Origin: Candidatus Altimarinota bacterium
GTDB lineage: Bacteria; Patescibacteriota; Gracilibacteria; UBA4473
Direction: 5' to 3'
Length of the DNA: 64,000 nt
Assembly (NCBI GenBank): GCA_965231215.1
Contig: OZ246423.1
Location: 448,001 to 512,000, forward strand
Each line of letters starts with the position of its first letter. The stretch's first letter is position 1. Below the pieces are notes generated by a model. The model saw nothing but the letters and a program-made list of their open reading frames with translations. It made no database searches and was not told where the DNA came from. This document shows positions 18,430 to 28,001 of this stretch, one piece after another. A program made the translations under genes and the position numbers.

Positions 18430-20208
18430 CTACTCTATTGAGATTTCCGTTTCAACGGCTTCTGGCCTCTCTGCCTCTACTACCTCTGGAATAGTCCGTT
18501 CTTTTCCATGCCACAGCCACACAAAGAAACCGGCTATTTTTGACTGATTTTCTGGCCAGTCCCAATCAAGCTTGGTTTCGAAATGCCATTTCTCACTATG
18601 GGTAAAGCGATGCGGCAATCCACGCATAATTCCATGATGCTCTCTAAACCCTTTTAGTTTTTTGGAAACCATCAAATCATATTTAGGCGTTGCAAAGATA
18701 AGCGCAGGCAGGAGTTCATCCAATTCATCCTGAAGCGCTTGATAATCTAATTGCGCTCCAGAAAATCGAATCTCATCAATCAAAAAATCAATATCATCTC
18801 GGGTCAGGTTAGAAAGGTTAAACTTCCCACTCTGAGACGAATGCCACACCGACAACATATCAAAATTATTAGAGAAATTCTGACCAAAAAGCACCAAATC
18901 ATAATCCCGTTCTTGCAGTGTTTTCTGAAAATTTTCTGGTTCTAATACTTCCAAATCTATATCAATATCTAACTCTTGTTCCCACACATTTTTTAACTTC
19001 TGGGCAAAACGAGAATAAACTGCTGGAGTTGTAGACGTAATCATCTGAACCTTAGCCGGCGCGTCTGCCTCCCCAAAGGTTCGAACCTCCTGCTGTTTGT
19101 CATACCTGAACCCGTTATCACGCAGCAATCTTCGGGCTTCACTATAATCAAAAAATGGAGGATACGCCTGAACATTATTGTTAAAAAAAGAATACCTTTG
19201 TTCTTGCCAATCTTCTTCCAGGATACTGGCTATGGGCAAAGCGTGTGCCAAAGCTTGCCTGAATTTAGGTTGTGAAGGAATCGCTTTATCAAGGTTAAAA
19301 AACACCCCCACAAAACGCGGCAGTTTATAACTATATCGGTTATATTCTTGATAGAGTTCTGGTTCTACTTGGTCAAATTCTCCAAGCTTCAACCGAGTAA
19401 ACATCGTCGGCCACGTATGATTAAAGATTAATGGTTCAGAAGAGGCATACACATAAAAAACCATCTGTTCAATAAATGGTTTCCCCAGGTGGTAGTGAGG
19501 ATTTGGCTCTAAGAACACTCGATAAAACCGTTTATCTTCCGGAATAATATTTTTAACCCGGAATGGCCCAGCCCCCACTGGACGACGGTTGAAGAAAAAA
19601 TCAGGATCTAAAACCTCCTCAATTAATGCATTTTTGAAGTACGATTTAGGCAGAATAGGCAGCGTCAAAAGGCTTGGGAAAAAGATATTCTGTTCTGGAA
19701 GTTTAAAACTAATAGTGTGGGCATCCACCACATCAATCTCAACGTACTCAAAAGCTTGAGAGAGATTTTGGTTTTTAAAGTTAGGGTTTTGAAGTAGGGT
19801 TTCATAGGTGAACAAAACATCCGCAATATCAATATTTTCTCCATCAGAAAACTTGACCCCATCTTTTAAAATCACTTCATAGGTTTTCCCTCTATCACTC
19901 ACCTGTAGGGTCCCCAAATGATCTTCAATTTTTTCGGTAAGAGGGTTATATCGAAGGAGCCCCCCAAATACCAATCCCTGAATATCTCTATCTACAAACG
20001 TGCTATTCTCAGCCAAAGGATTGAGGTTGTACACCGATCCCACCGTAGCCTCCGTATAAATCCCTCCAAAATCTGGCACAACTTTACTATGATCTAAAAA
20101 GAACTGCTGCCAGAGGACTCTCAGCAAAATAGCTAACACCACTACTGCCACACCTCCAAGGATACGCCAACGGAGTTTAGACCAACGAGGCCAACGTCTT
20201 TTTCTCAT
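18430..20208 (-). CDS. ABC-type peptide substrate-binding protein (SBP family 5)
   Basis: Motifs LNPL, GLLRY, VKFSDGE...DVLFTY, PVGAGPF. N-terminal TM anchor. Confidence 0.88.
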   Translation of the reverse strand: MRKRRWPRWSKLRWRILGGVAVVVLAILLRVLWQQFFLDHSKVVPDFGGIYTEATVGSVYNLNPLAENSTFVDRDIQGLVFGGLLRYNPLTEKIEDHLGTLQVSDRGKTYEVILKDGVKFSDGENIDIADVLFTYETLLQNPNFKNQNLSQAFEYVEIDVVDAHTISFKLPEQNIFFPSLLTLPILPKSYFKNALIEEVLDPDFFFNRRPVGAGPFRVKNIIPEDKRFYRVFLEPNPHYHLGKPFIEQMVFYVYASSEPLIFNHTWPTMFTRLKLGEFDQVEPELYQEYNRYSYKLPRFVGVFFNLDKAIPSQPKFRQALAHALPIASILEEDWQEQRYSFFNNNVQAYPPFFDYSEARRLLRDNGFRYDKQQEVRTFGEADAPAKVQMITSTTPAVYSRFAQKLKNVWEQELDIDIDLEVLEPENFQKTLQERDYDLVLFGQNFSNNFDMLSVWHSSQSGKFNLSNLTRDDIDFLIDEIRFSGAQLDYQALQDELDELLPALIFATPKYDLMVSKKLKGFREHHGIMRGLPHRFTHSEKWHFETKLDWDWPENQSKIAGFFVWLWHGKERTIPEVVEAERPEAVETEISIE

Positions 20209-20303
20209 AAAATTAGTAAAATCACACTAGCCAAGAAACAGGGTTTTTCAATCTTTTTAGAATCTCAATTTTTAAGCAAATTTCCATACGCAACCTAAAG
20301 TTT

Positions 20304-20426
20304 TAAAAGTGTTTAAAAACGAAGCATTTGAGGAAGTGCTGATTTTTTTGAAATAAGCATATTAAACATACGCGTTTAAAAAAACATCTTCACTGACAAT
20401 GAAATCTAAAGTTTTTAACGCTTTTA
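20304..20426. mobile_element. ~123-bp MITE-like repeat, copy 2
   Basis: Terminal inverted repeats TAAAAGTGTTTAAAAAC / GTTTTTAACGCTTTTA. The right end is the secG TAA. Confidence 0.7.
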
Positions 20427-20636
20427 AAAGATCATGGCATAGATACCACCGATCGAAAACGCCAACGCCAAGGCTACCGTAGCTTGGTGAAGGATTTTGT
20501 CCGCCCCACGCCTTGTTTGCACCAATTCATCACCGCTATCGGCTCCCATCATAGAACCCAGAGACGAACTTTTTTGTTGCAGGAGGATTACTACAACAAG
20601 AAGGACAGATATAGTTGTAAAAAAGATTTGAAACAT
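20424..20636 (-). CDS. secG: Preprotein translocase subunit SecG
   Basis: ILLQQKSSSLG and TRRGADKILHQAT, with two TM helices. Confidence 0.9.
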   Translation of the reverse strand: MFQIFFTTISVLLVVVILLQQKSSSLGSMMGADSGDELVQTRRGADKILHQATVALALAFSIGGIYAMIF

Positions 20637-20698
20637 ATTTTTAAAGTTCTGAAGCGGACGGATTTTAGTAGTTTAAGTACTTTTGGCAAGAAATTTTA

Positions 20699-21085
20699 TT
20701 ATCTGAAGATATGAATAATCGTATTCACAAACCCAAGCACTAACCCCGCAATTACGTAAATCAACAAATTATCTACCTCCAGTTGCACTCCTGGAAATTC
20801 AAAAAACGCTAATCCCCAATCAATTCCATAAAGCAGTATCCCGTTAGTAAGAAGGCCTGCCAGCCCTAAAGTAAAAAATTGAATGGGAATCATTACCACC
20901 TTCAAAAGAGGTTTTACAAACGTATTACAGAACCCAAAAATACACGCCACAATCCCGTATCTGTAGATTTCATCTCCCACAACGGCAAATTGTTCTGGAA
21001 GAATATAAGTCTCTAACCCCCACAAAACACCCCCTGTGGTTAGAACATGCAACAAAAATCCCATAACAAAACCCATGCTTAACAA
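20699..21085 (-). CDS. YvlD/DUF360 (phage holin_4_2 family) membrane protein
   Basis: Motif FGFCNTFVKPLLKVVMIP...TLGL. Confidence 0.8.
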   Translation of the reverse strand: MLSMGFVMGFLLHVLTTGGVLWGLETYILPEQFAVVGDEIYRYGIVACIFGFCNTFVKPLLKVVMIPIQFFTLGLAGLLTNGILLYGIDWGLAFFEFPGVQLEVDNLLIYVIAGLVLGFVNTIIHIFR

Positions 21086-21274
21086 TTATCATTTAACAAT
21101 AAACAATAAGCAATGATTTTTTAATAATTCAATTCATCTTTAATGCCCTTACATGATCTAAAAAGACCGTTTCAATGAGGTGTTTAAACAGGCTTTTTAG
21201 ATAGAGGAGTAATTTCGGAGAACTAAAGTTCAATTTACTTGCAAATTGACGACAGTTCTAAGAGAATCCCGACG

Positions 21275-22174
21275 ATGGATATTGGTGCAAACGTCTGGCG
21301 AAATGGAAAACTAATTCCAAACGAAGCAGCTCATATCTCACTCATAAACCATGCCATGCACTATGGAAGTGGAGTCTTTGAAGGGATTAGATGTTATGAA
21401 ACCAGTCAAGGAACGGCGGTATTTCGGCTAAAAGAGCACATGGAACGCCTGCACTACTCTGCTAGTATTTTAGAACTAGAAATTCCCTACAGTGTAGAAG
21501 CACTCTGTGAAGCCACGTGCGAACTCCTGAGAGCTAATAAACTTAAATCTGGCTACATCCGACCAGTCGCCATGTTTGGAGAAGGGAAAATGGGACTCAA
21601 TCCACACGGCGCGGATATTGACACCTTTATTGCCGCTTGGCCCTGGGGAAAATATCTCTCTGATGACCCTATCACCGTAGGAATTTCACCGTGGATTCGG
21701 ATTCATCCAAAATCACTTCAAGCTGATGCCAAAATCAATGGGCACTACGTAAACTCCATAATGTCTTCTCAATGGGCCCATAAAAAAGGCTACCAAGAAG
21801 CCATCCTCATGGATTACGAAAACAACATTGCTGAAGGCCCAGGAGAAAACCTATTCATCGTCAAAGACGGCATTATCAAAACTCCTAAACTCGGGGCTAT
21901 CCTCAACGGAATAACTCGAGCCACCATTATAGAATTAGCCGATAAAGAGCTCGGAATCACCGTAGAAGAAACCACCCTCTCACGAGACGACCTACTCAAC
22001 GCTGATGAAGCCTTCTTCACCGGAACTGCCGCCGAGGTAACCATCATCAAGTCGGTAGATGACGTCCAAATCGGAACACAAGAAAACACGGTGTCCAACC
22101 AACTAAAAGATCTCTACCACCGCGTAGTAAGTGGTGAAGAACCTAAATACGATCACTGGTTGAGTTATTGTTAA
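21275..22174 (+). CDS. ilvE: Branched-chain amino acid aminotransferase
   Basis: Motifs HYGSGVFEGIRCY, AKINGHY, EGPGENLF, ILNGITR, GTAAEV. ATG at 21275 chosen as start. Confidence 0.95.
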   Translation: MDIGANVWRNGKLIPNEAAHISLINHAMHYGSGVFEGIRCYETSQGTAVFRLKEHMERLHYSASILELEIPYSVEALCEATCELLRANKLKSGYIRPVAMFGEGKMGLNPHGADIDTFIAAWPWGKYLSDDPITVGISPWIRIHPKSLQADAKINGHYVNSIMSSQWAHKKGYQEAILMDYENNIAEGPGENLFIVKDGIIKTPKLGAILNGITRATIIELADKELGITVEETTLSRDDLLNADEAFFTGTAAEVTIIKSVDDVQIGTQENTVSNQLKDLYHRVVSGEEPKYDHWLSYC

Positions 22175-23013
22175 CGAAAACGTCTTTTCCCTCGTCCCCC
22201 ATTACGCCTTTCTTGTCCTAGAGCCTGAGAGTCAGAAAAAGCTGGTGTAACACCATGCTTAGCCTGTAAAAACCAAAACGGATGATCACCATCCAAAGTA
22301 AATCCTGTAAGCACTTTTTTAATATTACCCCTTAAATTCCTCTTGTCATACAAGGCGTGGACTAAGGCAATAATATCACTTTGAACATTTTCAGGGGCGG
22401 TTTTGTACAACTCTAAAACTGTGCGACCAATATATTCTCCTCTCTTATCACCTACCTCACCACGATTACAACTCAACACAATATTAATCACATTAAGTAC
22501 GTCTCGATCCGCTACTCCAACCAATTTTTTCACTGCTTTTTTAAACTCACTAAATGCAAATTTAGGCTTCTCTTCATCAAGAATATCACACAGATGACGT
22601 CGCGGCTCTGCATCATTATCTCCTAATTTTTCAACTCCAGATTCTCTACCAGTAATAGATGGTTCCCGTCCTTCAATAATATCTTCAATCGATTGCCAAT
22701 AACGAGCAATATGGTTTCTAAATTTTGTAGGCGCATAGTTGTAATCTAAGCCAATTTTTAAAATATCTTCCCATTGGCTCTGCAATAATTCCTGCCTAAA
22801 AGCCTGGCGCAATAAAATATAAGCTTCACGCCAGCGCTGGTTTAAAACCTCTTCATCAACGCCAGGCTGTGGTTCTTGTATTAAATCCCCATCTTCATTG
22901 TAATGATCATCAGAAACTATCTTGCCAATACCTCCTAAGATAGCTTTTAAATCATTCGTTAAGTCTTTGTCTGCGTTTAAATCTGCTTCTGTGGGGCTTA
23001 AAAAATTCATCAA
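22171..23013 (-). CDS. Hypothetical protein with a basic C-terminal tail
   Basis: 280-aa ORF with no recognised motif. Confidence 0.7.
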   Translation of the reverse strand: MMNFLSPTEADLNADKDLTNDLKAILGGIGKIVSDDHYNEDGDLIQEPQPGVDEEVLNQRWREAYILLRQAFRQELLQSQWEDILKIGLDYNYAPTKFRNHIARYWQSIEDIIEGREPSITGRESGVEKLGDNDAEPRRHLCDILDEEKPKFAFSEFKKAVKKLVGVADRDVLNVINIVLSCNRGEVGDKRGEYIGRTVLELYKTAPENVQSDIIALVHALYDKRNLRGNIKKVLTGFTLDGDHPFWFLQAKHGVTPAFSDSQALGQERRNGGRGKRRFR

Positions 23014-23275
23014 AAATTAATATAATTTTACATAAAATTAAAGCAATCAAAAAAAAGTCAAAAGAGGGATTATAACATTCCATTATAATTAAAATATTTC
23101 ACAAAAAAACATCAAATGACATAAGATCAAAAAAAAATTTGACTTTATTGTTAACTGTTTATAAAGTGAAGGACAAATTTTTGCTTTTTTTAAGTGGATC
23201 ATTAAATCGCATCACCTCTAAACTAATGAAACAAGCAGGCTCAACCAAATCATTGATTTAAGCCAAATTTAATCA

Positions 23276-23378
23276 TACCACCTCAGCCTACGGCAGCTCC
23301 TCCTAACTCAAGAGGAGCGAATAAAGAGCGTGCTTACTGCCCCCCTCCTGGCTTAGGAGGGGGATTGAGGGGGTGGTA
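23276..23378. repeat. REP/REPIN-like GC-rich palindromic element
   Basis: TACCACC...GGTGGTA termini with internal hairpins GCTCCTC-N-GAGGAGC and CCCCCTCCT-N-AGGAGGGGG. Lies just after the ychF stop and may act as its terminator. Confidence 0.65.
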
Positions 23379-23386
23379 CCACAAAA

Positions 23387-24481
23387 CTAGTTATTAAACT
23401 TAAAGTGCACTACATCCCCATCCTGCATAATATAGTCCTTTCCTTCCATCCGCATTTTTCCGGCTTCTTTAGCGCCCTGTTCTCCACCATGTTCAATGTA
23501 ATCAGCATACGCAATCACATCGGCTTTGATGAAGCCTTTTTCAAAGTCAGTATGGATCGCTCCAGCCGCTCGTGGTGCGGTATCTCCTTTTCGAATAGTC
23601 CAGGCGCGGACTTCTGTGGGTCCAGCCGTGAAATAACTCTGCAATCCGAGCAGGTCAAAGCTTCGGTGAACTAAGTTTTCTAGCCCCGATTCTTTGGCGC
23701 CTAACTCGGCTAAAAACTCTGCCGCTTCTGCCACACTTAAATCTGCAAGCTCAGCTTCTGTCTGGGCACAAATTGGGATAATTGGAATTGAAGCCTCTAT
23801 ATTGAGTTTGGTTCGAAAGCTCGCCTCATCAAAATTCACAAAGTTTTCCTCGCTGGTATTAGCCACCACAAGGAATTTTTTTTGCGTAAGGAGTTGGTAT
23901 CTTTTAGCCATAATGACTTCATCTTCTGTAAGCTCAACCGTACTCGCCAACTCTCCTGCCTCTAGTGCGGCTTTGAATCGCTCCAGTAGCTCAGCATCTT
24001 TTTTTGCCTCCTTGTCTCCAGTTCGCGCTTTTCCGTTTACTTTATCCAACTGACGAAGTAGGGACTCTAAATCAGCCAAAATAAGCTCTGTAAAAATTAC
24101 ACTTAGGTCTTCTCCTGGATCCACCTTCCCAGATACATGATGAATATCCTCGCTTTCAAAGTCTCGGACTACATGAGCAATCGCATGACATTCACGAATA
24201 TGACTCAGGAACTTATTCCCAAGACCTTCTCCGCTACTAGCACCAGCCACCAGCCCAGCAATATCTACAAATTCTACCGCCGATTTAATCACCTTCGCTG
24301 GGTTTACCAATGCCGCCAAAGCATCCACCCGTTTATCCGGCACTTCTACAATCCCAACATTGGGATCAATCGTACAGAATGGAAAGTTCGCTGCTTCAGC
24401 ATTTTTTGACTTGGTCAAAGCGTTAAAAAGCGTTGATTTCCCTACATTCGGCAGCCCTACAATTCCTAGTTTAAGGTTCAT
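23387..24481 (-). CDS. ychF: Redox-regulated ATPase YchF
   Basis: Motifs GIVGLPNVGKSTLFNAL, NFPFCTIDPN, DIAGLV, GAIHTDF. Confidence 0.97.
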   Translation of the reverse strand: MNLKLGIVGLPNVGKSTLFNALTKSKNAEAANFPFCTIDPNVGIVEVPDKRVDALAALVNPAKVIKSAVEFVDIAGLVAGASSGEGLGNKFLSHIRECHAIAHVVRDFESEDIHHVSGKVDPGEDLSVIFTELILADLESLLRQLDKVNGKARTGDKEAKKDAELLERFKAALEAGELASTVELTEDEVIMAKRYQLLTQKKFLVVANTSEENFVNFDEASFRTKLNIEASIPIIPICAQTEAELADLSVAEAAEFLAELGAKESGLENLVHRSFDLLGLQSYFTAGPTEVRAWTIRKGDTAPRAAGAIHTDFEKGFIKADVIAYADYIEHGGEQGAKEAGKMRMEGKDYIMQDGDVVHFKFNN

Positions 24482-24576
24482 GTCAAAAGCGATCCTAAGC
24501 ATTTTCTATAAACAATCAAAAAATATTGACAAAACACAGTCCCAACTTAGAATCGGCGCACTTATCCAAATTATGT

Positions 24577-24786
24577 ATGACCATAAAAGTTAAACGAAAA
24601 GACGGTGAATCTGGTGAACGTTTACTCAAACGATTCTCTAGCCATATCAAATCTACTCGACTTATCCAAAAGTTCCGAGGTAAACGATACTTTAGCCAAA
24701 AACCTACTCAGACCAAGGTGCGAGCCGCTGCCGTATCTAGAGAAAAATACCGAACCGCCAACAAGAAAAAACAATTTATTGGATAA
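24577..24786 (+). CDS. rpsU: 30S ribosomal protein S21
   Basis: MTIKVKRKDGESGERLLKRF...RYFSQKP. Confidence 0.85.
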   Translation: MTIKVKRKDGESGERLLKRFSSHIKSTRLIQKFRGKRYFSQKPTQTKVRAAAVSREKYRTANKKKQFIG

Positions 24787-24810
24787 ACAGAACCCTCTAT
24801 TTGAATTTTA

Positions 24811-24838
24811 AAAAACCTCGCCAAAGCGAGGTTTTTTT
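24811..24838 (+). terminator. Intrinsic terminator after rpsU
   Basis: AAAAACCTCGC-CAAA-GCGAGGTTTTTTT. Confidence 0.85.
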
Positions 24839-24853
24839 GTACCTTAATCTCTG

Positions 24854-25663
24854 ATGAACATCAATAAGGCTCTAAATTACGGAAGATCAAAACTCCAACA
24901 CCTTCCCAACCCCACATTGGAAACAGAAGTACTTTTGAGTCACCTAATGGGGCAAAACCGCCCCTGGATCAAAATCCACACTGAAGCGAGCTTGGGTTTT
25001 TGGAATACTCTAAAATTTAAATCCTGGATCAAAAAAAGAGCCAACCACCTCCCCTTAGCCTACATCACTGGATACAAAATCTGGAATGACCTCAAAATCT
25101 TTGTTACTCACAACACGCTCATCCCTAGAGATGAAACCGAGACCTTGTGTCATCACATAAAAAAACACCATAATCAAAACACTAAAAGCGTTCTTGATAT
25201 TGGAACTGGAAGCGGGTGTATTGCTCTCTGGTGTGCTAAGCAATTTCCACAAGCGCAGGTTCATGCCAGTGATATTTCACAAAAAGCGTTAAACCAAGCC
25301 CTCAAAAATGCAAAATTCCATCATGTTCCATTGAACCTTATCAAATCTGACCTACTAAACGATATTCCTAAAAGCCATTTTGACATCATTGTGGCCAACC
25401 TCCCCTACGTTCCCAAAAATCTAGAGGTTTCAGCAGAAGTAGAGAAAGAACCCCACAGCGCTTTGTTTTCTGGTAGTGACGGCCTCAATCACATCCGCAC
25501 ACTAGCCATGCAAATAAGTGAAAAAGATATCACCTTTAATGCCTTATGGCTGGAATTTCTACCACAACAAAAAGAACAAATTCAGCCTATTTTTAGTGAC
25601 TACACCGTTAATTTTTTGGGAGATGAAGGGGGGACCATATTTTTTGCTTGCATCAAAAGTTGA
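24854..25663 (+). CDS. prmC: Release factor glutamine methyltransferase
   Basis: Motifs PLAYITG, LIPRDETE, LDIGTGSGCIA, NLPYV, EPHSALFSGSDG. Confidence 0.93.
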   Translation: MNINKALNYGRSKLQHLPNPTLETEVLLSHLMGQNRPWIKIHTEASLGFWNTLKFKSWIKKRANHLPLAYITGYKIWNDLKIFVTHNTLIPRDETETLCHHIKKHHNQNTKSVLDIGTGSGCIALWCAKQFPQAQVHASDISQKALNQALKNAKFHHVPLNLIKSDLLNDIPKSHFDIIVANLPYVPKNLEVSAEVEKEPHSALFSGSDGLNHIRTLAMQISEKDITFNALWLEFLPQQKEQIQPIFSDYTVNFLGDEGGTIFFACIKS

Positions 25664-25781
25664 AGGCTTTGAAGCGAAGCGTTTAAGGAAAACAAAAATA
25701 CCGGAGATAAACGTATTAAAATTATACACGTTCGAGGATATTTAAAGTTTGACGTAGAAATCTGAAGCCTAAGAGTCTTTA
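25661..25781. mobile_element. ~121-bp MITE-like repeat, copy 3 (diverged)
   Basis: Core ATAAACGTATT..ATACACGTT..TGACGTAGAAATCT. Fills the whole gap between the prmC TGA and the AI-2E TAA. Confidence 0.55.
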
Positions 25782-26987
25782 GTTACCTCGGTTTAGGTAC
25801 TCTTCTACAAAGATAGCAATAGACGCTGCCACTGGCACCGCAAAGATCATACAAATAATAGCGAGCGGCACTCCCCCAAACGCACTTCCCAAAATACCGC
25901 CTGTCGCCACAGCCAAGATCACTACCACCGAAGAGAGCCCTACTACTTTTTGCATCACCATTGGCACCAATACATTGCCTTCCAAAAACTGCGCCAAGGC
26001 AATCCATAAAAGAACCGCAATCACCAACACAAACGAAATATTAAGTGCCACCAACACACAAAGCAGTCCTGTAAGCAACACGCCTACATACGGAAACAGT
26101 TCCATTACCGCCGCTACTAACCCAATAGTCACCGCGTATTTCATCCCAAACATCATCTCAAAAATCTTCATCCCCGCATACATAAACGTCCCCATGCACA
26201 CCATCAGGATAAATTGCCCTTTAAACCATTCCGCCATTTTTGACTGAACCGTCTCAAACTTAGCCTGTACATAGTCTCTATTCCCAGCCGGAAACATCAA
26301 TAACACAAACCGAATAATAGACTCTCTTTCAAGCAAAATAAAAAACATCAAAACTAGCGCAAAGAGTAGATTAAACACACTCTGGAAAATACTCAGTAAA
26401 ATCCCAATAGTTGAACCGGCAATATCTTGTAGATTGCCGGCAATAGACGATATATTTTCAGAAATAAAAGCCTGTAATTCGGCCGGATCAAAATTTGTCC
26501 GCTCCATCAGTTGAGTCACCAGCGGCATTTCTTCAATTTTCCCGCTCGCGATAACCCCTCTAAGATCATAAGAAATATCGGTCAATTGATCTGAAATGAT
26601 CGGAATCACTTTTACAAAAAGGAGCCCTAACATCCCCAAAAAACCGATATACAAAATCAAAATCGCCAAAGGCCTTGGAATATGATAGCGCTCTAAACCA
26701 TCCACAAAAGGGGCTAACCCCATGGCCAAGAAAAAGGAAAACCCAGCAATGATCAACATACTTTTGAGTTCCACCATAATCTCTTTGAGCGCAAAGAGTA
26801 AAAATACAATTAAAAGCACTTTTATAACCGTACTAGTAGCAATTTCTATACGCAATACCTGAGTATTATCTTTGACCTTTGGCGTGCTTATTTTTTTCTT
26901 TTTAGCTTTCTGTTGTTTTTGGTATTCAGCTCTAATCTCGTTTATCTGTTCTAATTTTCTTCCAAAAGCGTTAATTAATTTTTTCAT
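25779..26987 (-). CDS. AI-2E family transporter
   Basis: Multi-TM protein with ELFPYVG and QFLEGNVLVPMVMQKVVGLS. Confidence 0.9.
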   Translation of the reverse strand: MKKLINAFGRKLEQINEIRAEYQKQQKAKKKKISTPKVKDNTQVLRIEIATSTVIKVLLIVFLLFALKEIMVELKSMLIIAGFSFFLAMGLAPFVDGLERYHIPRPLAILILYIGFLGMLGLLFVKVIPIISDQLTDISYDLRGVIASGKIEEMPLVTQLMERTNFDPAELQAFISENISSIAGNLQDIAGSTIGILLSIFQSVFNLLFALVLMFFILLERESIIRFVLLMFPAGNRDYVQAKFETVQSKMAEWFKGQFILMVCMGTFMYAGMKIFEMMFGMKYAVTIGLVAAVMELFPYVGVLLTGLLCVLVALNISFVLVIAVLLWIALAQFLEGNVLVPMVMQKVVGLSSVVVILAVATGGILGSAFGGVPLAIICMIFAVPVAASIAIFVEEYLNRGN

Positions 26988-27046
26988 TTATTTTATTTAT
27001 ACTTATTTATATAAAAAATTTCGAATTTTCTTTCCCCTTAGCGATG

Positions 27047-27200
27047 AAATTTCTAAAAGTAGCCATAAGAATTCGTCACAAAGAAATTTGTCTGAGCGAA
27101 GCGAGTTCTTTCTTTGTAGAATTAGAATGAGTTTACTTTTAAATTTTTGGGGTTGGAGGCCTTTTGGGTTCATTTTTGATCATGCAAAAATGAACAAAGA
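27047..27200. repeat. Long imperfect palindrome centred on GAGCGAAGCGAG, plus a downstream hairpin
   Basis: Nested arms AAAAGTA/TACTTTT and ACAAAGAAA/TTTCTTTGT. Separate hairpin GTTCATTTTTG-N-CAAAAATGAAC. Confidence 0.55.
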
Positions 27201-27293
27201 ATAAAAAAAATCCCCAGATTGGGGATTTATCAGATCCCGGACAAAGTCCGAGATAATTTCCAACCAGCAGCTCACAAGCTCGCTGGGGCTGAG

Positions 27294-27506
27294 TTACTTG
27301 TTCTGAGAACGAGAAATTTGTCTCGCTTTATGAATCGTATGTTTTCTCAGACGAGGACAATACTTTTTAGCAGTGAACTCCTTTGGATTAGTATTTGTAG
27401 GGTTCAGCATAATTTTGTAGTTTTCTACTCGCTTCCCTTCTTTTTCCATACATTCTGTACAGTAGAGAGCGAAGAACGCACGTTTTTTTCGACTTGGACG
27501 AGCCAT
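27294..27506 (-). CDS. rpmG: 50S ribosomal protein L33
   Basis: Motifs LYCTEC...NY and KKYCPRLRKHTIHK. Confidence 0.9.
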   Translation of the reverse strand: MARPSRKKRAFFALYCTECMEKEGKRVENYKIMLNPTNTNPKEFTAKKYCPRLRKHTIHKARQISRSQNK

Positions 27507-27573
27507 TTCTAATTTCGTTAAAGCCGGCCGATATTAGAAAGATAATCGACCTTGTCAACGTTTTTAAGCCCCT

Positions 27574-27876
27574 TTAGAGGTTTTCAGCCTTTAACTCAAT
27601 TACGGCCTCCGCCGGAGCTTCTGGTTTAATCCCCCCAATACAGCTCAGCATTTCATCCTCTTCTACCATAATATGCATTGGCCCAACAGCTTCTTTATCA
27701 ACGTATTCAGCCCCCTTTTCAATTTTACACACACAGGTTCTACACGCGCCTACCCCACAAGAAAACGGTATTGGAGCTCCCTCATCTTGAGCCTGAGTCC
27801 CTAAGGCTTCCTCTGTATTTCCATCAAATTGAGCCGAAATACTTCCCGAATTGTCTTTGATTGTTACTTTGACCAT
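27574..27876 (-). CDS. 2Fe-2S ferredoxin
   Basis: IPFSCGVGACRTCVC...LSC (CX4CX2C...C pattern). Confidence 0.9.
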   Translation of the reverse strand: MVKVTIKDNSGSISAQFDGNTEEALGTQAQDEGAPIPFSCGVGACRTCVCKIEKGAEYVDKEAVGPMHIMVEEDEMLSCIGGIKPEAPAEAVIELKAENL

Positions 27877-28001
27877 CAGTACGAAGATAAATAAATTTAA
27901 AAACTTTTCAATTCAGATTAAACCCCTTTAAAAAAAATGGGTGAGCAAAAATGAACGGAAAATTCTTTGCATTCTCAAAGTGGCTCTTTAAATTGAGGCA
28001 G

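Noticed and set aside
20699-21085. Prophage suggested by the 'phage holin family' protein
   Set aside because: The YvlD/DUF360 family is a common chromosomal membrane protein, and there are no phage genes nearby.
21158-21200. Riboswitch or attenuator upstream of ilvE
   Set aside because: An imperfect inverted repeat (CTAAAAAG..CTTTTTAG) is present, but no Leu/Ile/Val leader ORF or T-box motif was seen.
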